DNA of 46,727 nucleotides from Chiloscyllium plagiosum. Its lineage: Eukaryota. Each line of letters opens with the position of its first letter. The stretch's first letter is position 1. Under the pieces are notes generated by a model, which saw only the letters and a list, made by a program, of their open reading frames with translations, was not told the DNA's origin and made no database searches. Below, one piece after another: positions 13,128-22,926 of this stretch. The stretch is from contig NC_057752.1 in NCBI RefSeq assembly GCF_004010195.1, forward strand, positions 1,317,036-1,363,762. The letters run 5' to 3'. A program made the position numbers and the translations under genes.

Positions 13128-13967
13128 GCTCTGTCGATGAGGGAGGGGGGGGTTGGCATCAGCATGGCACTCATTCTCTGGATACTAGCTCATTGTCCAT
13201 CCATCACTGCAAACTGTGTACACTGGGCTAGCTCAGGCTGAACACGCCAAAAAGGCTGAATTTATTCAGATATTTGTCTTCAAAAAGCTTTTGACAAAAG
13301 AAAAGAAGTGGGCGGGGGGGGGGGGGTTGTCATATTTTGGTCACCTCTTTGAATGAGCCCACAGCCCTGGCCTTTGCCCGTAGCCTGCAAACTCTTCCCC
13401 TCAGGTAGTTGATCTGGGTCACTCTCTGATAAAATCTGCTTTCACTCCAGGGAAAATTGCTGCATGAGAAAAAAACAACTCTCCTCATATCACCTCGAGA
13501 CATTTTTACCACTTACCTTCAATCTCTGGTTCCTGGTTTTTCCACTCTCTGCCTCGCTTTATAAAAACCTCGACTTACTGAAGGCTAAAAGTACCTTTTC
13601 AACAGCTTTCACAACTTGACCTGTCAGTTTCAAAGACATTTCTGTACATTTCCAGTCTCAGACCTATTTATGTAGCACTGCATTAAACACTGGAATATGA
13701 GTGTAGTGGCTACACAGTTGGATGAGTAGTTACTGACTGACGTCAGTTCAGATCTAACCATAGCAGCTGAAGGGATTTAAATTCAATTTGTGAAATTAAT
13801 GTAGAATTGGTCTCAGTGATAAACAGGAAACTATCGGACTGTCATTTTAAAAAACCAATCAATTTGATTTACTTAAGGCCATACCTGGTCTTGTCTGAAT
13901 GTGACAGCAACGATTGTGGTCGATTCTGTTCCCTCAGTAAAATCCTGAGGACAGTGGAAATCTGAAA

Positions 13968-14153
13968 TAAACACTGAGAATGCTGGAGAAACTCAGTAGG
14001 TCTGTACAAAGAGAGAGAGAGAGAGTTAATGGCTCAAGTCTGGTAGGACCCTTCTTTAGAATTTTGGGAAAGAGTCAAGCTGGACTTGAAACGTCTCTCT
14101 CCCCACACAGACACTGTCAGACCTGCTGAGTTTCTCCAGCAATTTCTGTTTTT
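13968..14153. mobile_element. Older inverted-repeat element (family C, probably PLE-derived)
   Basis: 24-bp inverted arms at 13981-14004 and 14118-14141 (1 mismatch); internal GAGTC..GACTT-GAAACGTC. Relatives near 27215-27400, 17375-17450, 18060-18125 and 39770-39840. Confidence 0.55.
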
Positions 14154-14162
14154 GGTAAGTCA

Positions 14163-14378
14163 CTCACCATCCTGACTTGGAAAGATATCACCGTTCCTTC
14201 AGGGTCACCAGGTCAAAATCCTGGAACTCCCTCCCTCAGAGCATTATGGGTCTACCTACAGCACATGGACTGCAGCGGTTCAAGATGGCAGCTCACTCCC
14301 ACCTTCTCAAGGGCAACTAGGGACAGGGTGATAAATGCCAGCTTCGTGAGTGGATGCCCACGTTCAGAATCAAATAAA
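14163..14378 (+). mobile_element. L2/CR1-group LINE 3' end
   Basis: Homologous to 12930-13120. Confidence 0.7.
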
Positions 14379-15199
14379 ACAGGATGCTCTGTCAGAAGTT
14401 GTAGACAAGAAGGAGAGAAAGATTGGGGAATGGAGAGAAGTAGGGGCAAGGTGATTTGGAGGTCACCTGTTAATTATAGCGTCTAATGGTGGCCTGCAGA
14501 TGAGGAGACAATGCTCACAGTATCATAATAACCTATCACGGCAAGGTATAAGGTGGCCAATCAGGTGAAAGGTTTACACTAAGAATTAAACTGGTGTGTG
14601 TTTGAGCAGAGGATGAGCAGGTTCACTTCAGCAGTGGTACCACCTCATTAGTAAGCACGGCTTCAGGTTGAACTGGCAGAGGGAACGCAGGGAGGGGCCT
14701 TGGAACGAGAGGCCATTTTGCACAAAATGTGAAGGAGGAAGGTCAAAAGGCCTCAAAATCTACCGGACAAGGTGACAAGGGCGCCTCACTGAGATACGGA
14801 AATTATTAAATGGCTAACTGATAATATTGCTTCAGGGTAAAACGAGGACGCAAGAGGATATGGAATTAAATAAGTTGAAATCAATTTCCAACAGATTTTA
14901 GGAATACTTTATTCAGTCAGATGACTGACTGGAGCTACACAACACAGTTATTTGAATGAAGCGAGTTAAAGGAGCAGAGAGCTGGGTTACACTGAGACAA
15001 GTTCACTGGTTCTTTCATTAAAAACAATGCTGTAATCTCGAGTGGAAACCTGAAGTGAATCATCCACTGTTGGTACCAGCCTCCCTAAAACTCCTGGCCT
15101 CTCCTTTCAAATACTCCTCAGCACCTTCCTCTTTGACTATCCCATGTGATTTGGTGTTGCCATCAGTCCCAATAATGTTCCTGGGAATTGTGTTTGGGA

Positions 15200-15770
15200 C
15201 ATGTACAGGATGTTGGTGAGGCCTCTTCTGGAATACTGTGCCCAGTTCTGGTCACCCTGTTCTAGGAAGGATATTATTCAGCTGGAGAGGGTTCAGATTA
15301 ATTTACCAGGATGTTGCCGGGTCTGGAAGGCTTGAGTTATAAAGAAAGGCTGGATAGGCTGGGACCTCTTTCACTGGAGTGTAGGAGGTTGAGAGGTGAC
15401 TTGAAGAAAGTTGATAAAATAATGAGGGGTATAGATGGGGTAAATGATAGTTGTCTTTTCCCTAGGGTAGGGGATTTCAAGATGAGGGGCCACAGTTTTA
15501 AGGTGAGGAGAGATTTTAAAAAGACATGGGGGCTAACTTTTTTTATGCAGAGGGTGGTTCACGTGTGGAATGAACTTCCTGAGGAAGTGGTGGATGTGTG
15601 GGCAATTGCAATGCTTAAAAGACAATTGGATAAGTACATGAGTAGGAAAGGTCTGGAGGGATATGGGCCAGGAGCAGGCAGGTGGGACTGGTTTAGTTTG
15701 GGATTATGGTCAGCATGGACTGGTTGGACCGAAGGGTCTGTTTCCGTGCTTTTGTGACTCTATGACTCTT
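15200..15770 (+). mobile_element. CR1 3' fragment
   Basis: [18 protein letters not shown]...WNELPEEVV; gactctatgactct tail. Confidence 0.88.
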
Positions 15771-16359
15771 AAGTTGTTGCTGTACAACAAACCAAGATAA
15801 TGCTGCAGGACAGGAACAGAGCACCCAACTTACAAACTCCTCGAAGATTCTTAGCATCCAGTATGAGTGCTGTTCCCTTTCCCCCACCCACGGAAATATC
15901 CCCTTTATGTGGCCGGTAGCCTTTTGCTGCCCTCTAGTGGATATTGACATTCAAACACCTGCAAAGCTGCTGAAGTTGCCTGCCAATGTTCTGACTTAAG
16001 GGCACCAACTCTTGCAGGGACACATGATGCCCACTTACTGTCCCAGGTACCAGCCTATCATTAACTGATGCCATCTCACCTGCAATTCCATTCGGAGTGG
16101 CTGCCTAATGTGCTGCCCCAGAAGCGTTTCTGACAACAGGAACAAGGATTTTTCTCTCATGCCGTGCTGATCATGAGGAATAAATCCACAGCTAAGCCAC
16201 CAATTCGGCGTCAGCGAACAAAACAGCACCCTGATGATCCAAGTAAGATTAGCATCGAGGGTTACAAGGACAGACGTCGATAGGATTACACTGTCTGCTG
16301 GTACCTCACAGATATTGGCAATTACACGTCAGAAACAGCATGCAGTGGGTGAAGCAGAA

Positions 16360-16790
16360 AGCTGCCTCACAGCACCAGGGACCTGGGTTCAGTTCTAGCC
16401 TCAGGCGACTGTGTGTGTGGAGTTTGCACATTCTCCCTGTGTCGACCCAGGTTTTGTCCGCGTGCTCTGGTTTCCTCCCACACTCCAAAGATGTGCAGGT
16501 TAGGGTGGATTGGCCGTGCTAAATTGTCCTGTAGTGCCCAGGGATGTGCAGGTCAGGGTGGATTGGCCATGATAAATTGTCCCATAGTGTCCTGGGATGT
16601 GCAGTTTAGGGTGGATTAGCCATGCTAAATTGTCCTGTTGTGTCCTGGAATATATGGTTCAGTGGATTGGCCATGGGCAATACAGGTTTACAGGGATACG
16701 GTAGGGGGGTGGGTTTGGATGGACCTTCAAAGGGTCAGTGTAGACTCAATGGGCCGAATGGCCTGCTTCCACATTGCAGGGACTCTATGA
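16360..16790 (+). mobile_element. HE1-type SINE with an internal 53-bp tandem expansion
   Basis: Units start at 16490, 16543 and 16596, with a partial unit at 16649. Confidence 0.8.
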
Positions 16791-16794
16791 ACCA

Positions 16795-17140
16795 ATGGAG
16801 GTATATAAGATGCTAAAGGGGGCTTGACAAAGCAGATGTGGAGGGGATGTTTCCCCACGTGGAGCATTCTAGAACGAGAGGTCACAGCTTTCGGAAAAGG
16901 GGTAGCAGATGCAAAACACAGCTGAGGAGAAATTACTTTGCTCAAAGGGTCATGAATCTAAATTCACTCCCCCTAGAGTGCAGTGGATGCTGGGGCATTG
17001 CGTAACTTTAAGGAGGAGATGGACAGATTTTTAATTAGTGAAGGGTTACGGAGAGTGGGCAGGAAGTGGGGTCGAGGTCGAGATGAGATCAGCCATTATT
17101 GTTCGAGCGGCTGAAGGGCCTCCTCTTGCGCCCACTTTAT
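16795..17140 (+). mobile_element. Decayed CR1 3' fragment
   Basis: tttaaggaggagatggacagatttttaatt...gatcagcca tail. Confidence 0.7.
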
Positions 17141-17744
17141 AAGGTCAGTATCTCCTCTTTCTAAAGCACGCTGAGAAAACAGAGAGGCAGATCATTGCTG
17201 AGCCATCCTGCTCTCCATTTTAACGTCCAGCTCACCTTTCAAACCCGTTGGATCGTAGGTTTCACAATCCAACAGCTTGGAACCAACAGCTTGGTTGCAA
17301 TCACACTGGTTGTGATGAATTTGAAGAAGTCATCTGACTGTTCACATGACGCAGTTACAAGGAACAGTGGGAAGTGAGGAAGGGTCACTGGACTCAAAAA
17401 CTGGAACCCTGTGTTTCTCTCTCGCTATAGACCTGCTGAGAGTTCTTCTGGTTTGGTTAGAGGGAAGGGAAATCTTTTCTCAAGCTGCAGGGGGTGGGCA
17501 GCGGACACTGAAGAACTTCTGTCTAACACGCTTTGGATTTTAATGGATTTTTAACCTATTTTTAGCTTTTACTTTTTGTGATTTTCACCATTCACGTGGG
17601 TTCTCAGGAATGGAACTCTCGCAGGTACGGAGGATTTTTGTTGTGGACGTGTAGTAAATGTTTTGACATGGGGAAAGTTCACATTCAGCAAGGTGAGAAT
17701 GGAGAGAGATCACAGACAATTGAATGGGCTGGTGCGTACATCCC

Positions 17745-17930
17745 AAAGGTGAAAGTGAGAACTGCAGATGCTGGAGATTAGAGTCAAGAATATGGTGCTG
17801 GAAAAGCACAGCAGGTCAGACAGCATCCGAGGAGCAGGAAATGATGAAGGGCTTTTGCCCGAGACGTCGATTTTTCCTGCTCCTCGGATGCTGCCTGACC
17901 TGCTGTGCTTTTCCAGTACCACACTCTGGA
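17745..17930. mobile_element. Family A inverted-repeat PLE module
   Basis: Arms about 17793-17841 and 17873-17921 are inverted around the degenerate core atgatgaagggcttttgcccgagacgtc. Confidence 0.75.
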
Positions 17931-18119
17931 CATAAATGACAAAGTTAAGATGCAGGCACAGCGAGCGATTAGGAAGGCAAATAGATTTGAATAAACATGT
18001 TGTAACATTTTGCTCCAGTGACACAGGGTATTGGCATGACCCAGATCCTGAATACCCTGCCATATCAGACTCAGAAGATTAACTCTGTTTCTCTCTCCAC
18101 AGAAGTTGCTAGGGTTTCT

Positions 18120-19165
18120 GGAGCACTGTACACAATTTTGGTCTCCCTTTTTTAAAAAAAAGAGGATGTAAATGAATTAGCTCACATGGTTTATTCCTGG
18201 GATCGCATCTTGAGAAATAGGAATGATATTATTAAACTAGAGAAGGTTCAGAAAAGACTGACCAGAATGTGACTGGGAATGGGGAGTGTTGGGAGTTATA
18301 AAACTAGACTGGGACTTTTCTCATTGGAGCGTAGGAGTGAACTTACTGAGGTTTATAAAATCATAAGGGGCATGGATAAGGTGAATGACAAGTGACTTTT
18401 CCCAAGAGTGGGTGAGTTCAAACCTAGGGGGGAAATATTTTAAAGGTGAGAGGAGAAAGATTTAAAAAGGACAGGACTAGATTCCCTCTGAAGAGTAACC
18501 CACCCAGACTGATTTCCCTCTGACTAATGCACCTAACTCTCGGGGCAATTTAGCACAGCCAATCCACCCTAACCTGCATATCTTTGGACTGTGGGAGGAA
18601 ACCCACGCAGACACAGGGAGAACGTGCAAACTCCACACAGACAGTCACTCGAGGGTGGAGTTGAACCCGGGTCCCTGGTGCTGTGAGGCAGCAGTGCTAA
18701 CCATTGAGCCACTGTGCCACCCTGACATGAGAGGCAACGTTTTTATACAGAGGGTGGTTCACTTATGGAATGAACTTCCAGAGAAAGTGGTGGATGTGGG
18801 CACAGTTACAATGTTTAAAGGGTATTTGGACAAGTTCATGAATAAGAAACGTTTGGAAGGATATGGGCAGGTGGGTGGGACTAGTTTAGTTTGGGAACAT
18901 GGTCGGCATGGACTGGTTGGACCAAAGAGGTTGTTTCCATGCTGTGTGACTCTAGGACTCTTAAGTTGGGCCTGTATCCATTGGAGTTTTGAATAATGAG
19001 AGGCAATTTGATTTAAGCTTATAAGACCTTGAGGAGTCTTGGTTGGCTGGATGCTGAGAGGGTGTTTCCCCTTGTGGAGAGACTAGAACACTGTTTAAAA
19101 ACTGGATCGCTGTTTAAAAATAAGAGGTCTCCCATTTAAAGCAGAGATGAGGAGCATTTGTTGTC
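18120..19165 (+). mobile_element. CR1 fragments interrupted by an HE1 SINE (18477-18720, minus)
   Basis: CR1 sequence resumes after the SINE (MRGNVFIQRVVHLWNELPEKVV). Confidence 0.8.
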
Positions 19166-19399
19166 TCGCTGATGGTCGGTGGCCTGTAGACTTCTCTTGC
19201 CCAGAGCGTGGTCGAAGCTGGGAGGGAGGAGGAAGTGAAACCTGCTTCCCAGGCCCCACTGCACTCTGGGAAATTCTGTCCCGCTTGGCCGAAGATCTGC
19301 AGCTTGAGAATTGGCCTGCTGTGTCCCACAAAGACCCAGGGCAGCAGGTGCCACCCTCAAATCGAAGCATCGTTGATGACTCTTATGAGAATGACCAGA

Positions 19400-19640
19400 T
19401 AATTTTATTTTTAATGACGTTTATCGAGGGAAACATATTGGCCAAAATATCAAGAAGAAAACCCTCTCCCCCCATCCCCTCCTGTTCTTTTGACATCCAC
19501 TTGGGAGTTTTGATGGAGCCTCATCCAAAAGATGCCACCTCCCACAGTGGAAGTCTCCCTCAGTACGTGCTCCACTGGAGAGTCAGCGCAACCCGCAAGG
19601 TTGGGCCTTGGTCCCACTACCCTCTGACTCAGAGCTGTTA
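19400..19640 (-). mobile_element. Possible DeuSINE-like remnant
   Basis: ctcatccaaaagatgccacctcccacagtg...tccctcagtac resembles the reverse complement of the Deu domain as I recall it. A weaker relative lies near 2200-2460. Confidence 0.45.
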
Positions 19641-19689
19641 CAATCGATCCACAGTGAGAGCATCAGGTAAAGGGGCCATACTCACAGAG

Positions 19690-19880
19690 AACCACAGGGC
19701 AGCTCTCTCCTTGAACAGAGGTAGCTGGGACTGGTTTAACCCGAGGGTCACTATGCCTCCAGGCAAGGGGAGAGGCTGAGGAGGAGGATCCTTCAGCCAG
19801 TGCGGGAATTGAACCCACGCTGTCAGCATCACTCGATACCACAAAGCAGCCATCTGGTAAACCGAGCCAACTGAACCCCG
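19690..19880 (-). mobile_element. tRNA-head SINE (second family)
   Basis: Minus strand has A/B-box-like ttggctcggttt...gggttcaattccc; body homologous to 36372-36527(+). Confidence 0.6.
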
Positions 19881-19924
19881 AGTTAACGGTATTACTGATT
19901 TTCAGAAAACATTTTAAGGCTACA

Positions 19925-20555
19925 TGAGAAAGTGTGTGAGAGTTTGTGTTTGTGTGTGTGAGAGAGAGAGTGTAAGTGTAAAAGAGTGTGTGAGTGAGTG
20001 TGTGTGTGAGAGCATGTTTATGAGTATGTGTGTGTGAGGGTGTGTCTGTGTGTCAGTGTGAAAGTGTGAGTGAGAGTTTGTATGTGAGTGTGTCAGTATG
20101 TGTGTGAGAGAGTGGTGCTGTGGGAGGAAACCAGAGCACGCGGACAAAACCTGGGTCGACACGGGGAGAATGTGCAAACTCCACACACACAGTCGCCTGA
20201 GGCTAGAACTGAACCCAGGAATGAAGGGCTCCTGCCCAAAACGTCGATTCTCCTGCTCCTCGGATGCTGCCTGACCTGCTGTGCTTTTCCAGCACCACTC
20301 TAATCTAGACTCTGATCTCCAGCATCTGCAGTCCTTACTTTTGCCTTGTGAGAGAGTGTGTGTATGTGCGTGTGTATGCACAAGAGAAAGAGTGTGTATG
20401 TGGGAGAGAGTGCATGAGAGAGATTGTGTGAGCGTGAGAGAGAGCGTGTGTATGCATGTGTGTATCTATGCGTGCGTATGTGAGAAAGTGTGTGTAAGAG
20501 AGAGAGATTGTGTTTGTGTGTGTATGTGTGTGTGCGTGTAGGTGTGAGTGTGTTG
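19925..20555. repeat. Compound (GT)/(GA) microsatellite, interrupted at 20109-20345
   Basis: Imperfect tgtg/agag runs. Confidence 0.9.
20109..20345 (+). mobile_element. Family A PLE module with a captured SINE fragment, inside a microsatellite
   Basis: Short inverted arm agagtggtgctg, then about 100 bp of HE1(-), then atgaagggctcctgcccaaaacgtcgattctcctgctcc... Confidence 0.7.
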
Positions 20556-20650
20556 CATTAATGTTAGCATGGAGTGTTTCTGTGCTGTAGAGAATGGGTA
20601 ATTCTGTTGAAAAAAATAACGAGATGTCAAATTAAACAAGTGTTAGAAAA

Positions 20651-20656
20651 TTTATT
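20651..20656 (-). terminator. Candidate poly(A) signal for the RDH5-like transcript
   Basis: AATAAA on the minus strand in non-repeat sequence, followed by T/GT-rich ttgtttaatttg...ttatttttt, about 2 kb past the stop codon. Confidence 0.3.
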
Positions 20657-20947
20657 GCACCATCTATGTATTTCCACCTGGATTCGAATACAGTTAACTG
20701 AAATAATTCCTGACAATCAAGGAGCTCTGGAGCAGTGCTGGACCCCACCTTGCAGATCTTTGCCAGTTTCAGATGCTTCCTGCATAAGGGTCACCGGTTG
20801 GCATCGCTGGCCCGTTCACTGGGTGGGGATGTGAGATGTCAGCTTGAGCCTGACTGAATACGTGGCCCCCTCCCTGGTGGATTCTCCTCCTCCCTCCCAC
20901 ACCAGCTTCATGAGGTTCATTATCCTCCCTCTGCCATCGACTGATTC

Positions 20948-22255
20948 GGTAGATAGGATAGTGAAGAAGGCGTTTGGTATGCTTTCCTTTATTGGTCAGA
21001 GTATTGGGTACAGGAGTTGGGAGGTCATGTTGCGGCCATACAGGACATTGGTTAGGCCACTGTTGGAATATTGCATGCAATTCTGGTCTCCTTCCGAGTG
21101 AAAGATGTTGTGAAACTTGAAAGGGTTCAGAAAAGATTTACATGTATGTTGCCAGGGTTGGAGGATTTGAGCTACAGGGAGAGGCTGAACAGGCTGGGGC
21201 TGTTTTCCCTGGAGCGTAAGAGGCTGAGGGGTGACCTTATAGAGGTTTATAAAATCATGAGGGGCATGGATAGGATAAATAGGCAAAGTATTTTCCCTGG
21301 GGTCGTGGAGTCCAGAATTAGAGGACATACGTTCAGGGTGAGAGGGGAAAGATATAAAAGAGACCTAAGGGGCAACTTTTTCCTGCAGAGGGTGGTGCGT
21401 GTATGGAATGAGCTGCCAGAGGATGTGGCAGAGGCTGGTACAATTGTGACATTTAAGAGGCATTTGGATGGGTGTATGAATAGGAAGGGTTTGGAGGGAT
21501 ATGGGCCGGGTGCTGGCAGGTGGGACTAGATTGGGTTGGGATATCTGGTCAGCATGGACGGGTTGGACCGAAGGGTCTGTTTCTGTGCTGTACATCTCTA
21601 TGACTCTATGATTCACCACAACTGAGAGATTCAATCCTGGGCACTTCCTCATCTTAATGGTTCATCCCAGAGCACCATCAAGTTAATTCCAAAGACGTTT
21701 GTGATATGAACTCACATAAATTATACAATCTAAAATCAGGGGGACAATTCTAAAGGGGATACAGGAGCAGAGGGAGCTGGGTGTATCTGTGCACAGATCA
21801 TTGAAGGTGGCAGGACAGATGGCGAGAGCAGTTAATAAAGCACACAGTGTCCTCAGCTTTATTAATAGGGACATAGAGAACAAGAGCAGGGAGGTGATGT
21901 TGAACTTTTACAAGACCCTTGTTAGACCTCAGCTGGAGGGTTGTGTCCAGTTGTGGGTCCCACACTATAGGAACGATGTGAACACATTGGAGAGAGAGGG
22001 CAGGAGGGATTTACCAGAATGGTTCCAGAGATGAGAAACTTCAGTGAGGAGGAGAGATTGAAGACATTGGGACTGTTCTCCTTGGGGAGAAGGAGGCTGA
22101 GAGGGAGATCTGAGAGAGGGTTCCAACATCATGGGGGAGGGGGCTGGACAGAGTAGATCGGGACAAACTGTTCCCACATGGAAAAGGAACAGGAACGAGA
22201 GGGTCAGAGATTAAAAGGGATGAAGTGAGGGGGAGGTGAGGAAATTCTCACCGAG
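20948..22255 (+). mobile_element. Two CR1 fragments (20948-21610 with 3' tail; 21715-22255)
   Basis: [15 protein letters not shown]...GYGPGAGRWD; HRSLKVAGQ...LVRPQLEGCVQLW. Confidence 0.88.
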
Positions 22256-22702
22256 CGAGTCACCATTACTCACACAATCATGAACCGTTAAAACCTGTTT
22301 GGTTCACTCACTCCCTTATCCAATCTGGCCCATACGTGACTCCAGACCCACCGAAATGGAGTTGGCTCTCAACTTTGTTCTGGAATGGCCGAGCAAGTCA
22401 GTCAGCTTGGGGGCAATTAGGGAGGGTCAAAAAACAAGCTGGTGCCATCAGCTTGAATGACGGAGCAGCCTCGATGGGCCGAATGGCCTACCTTTATCTG
22501 GTTGACGGTCGCATCTGAAACAGGCAAATGCCTGGACTGGCTATGGCCACCAGGGATGGAGAGAGGGGATTGGGTAGGAGGTGGGGTCCTTGTGTTTTTG
22601 ATCTGTTGACATGTCGTCCCAGCCAAGCGGTTGCCCCAGAAACCCAGTCCCTGATGGGGGAGGGGGGGGTGAACTGCAATGGCGACCAGCCTACCCTGCT
22701 CT

Positions 22703-22926
22703 TCATTGGACACTTTGCAAAGGCTTTGGCAGCAGAAGGGTGAGCAGGAAGTCGCTGAGACGGGTCGGCATGTAGGAGAGGGGTATCCAGAAGAGCTTGG
22801 CGTCCCATCCAGCAGCGTAGCGTGAGCGAGGGTGTCTGGCCACTAGAGCATGCTCCATACAGGTTGTGACTTTGGATAGGTCACCATCACATAACATATT
22901 CATGGAGAACTGCTGGGCCTTCATAT
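22703..22926 (-). CDS. RDH5: RDH5-like last coding exon
   Basis: Acceptor catttccttttcAG at 22928-22927; (Y)[27 protein letters not shown]...[12 protein letters not shown] at 22705-22703; 224 nt. Confidence 0.95.

Noticed and set aside
19147..19779. 210-aa ORF as a novel protein
   Set aside because: It crosses several unrelated repeat remnants and has no recognisable motifs.
1..20500. Exons of a neighbouring gene (e.g. CD63, or a tandem RDH paralogue); likewise BLOC1S1 at the right end
   Set aside because: I found no recognisable peptide in the unique islands (e.g. 4540-4840, 14480-15060, 16040-16330). Short exons could have been missed; tBLASTn would decide.
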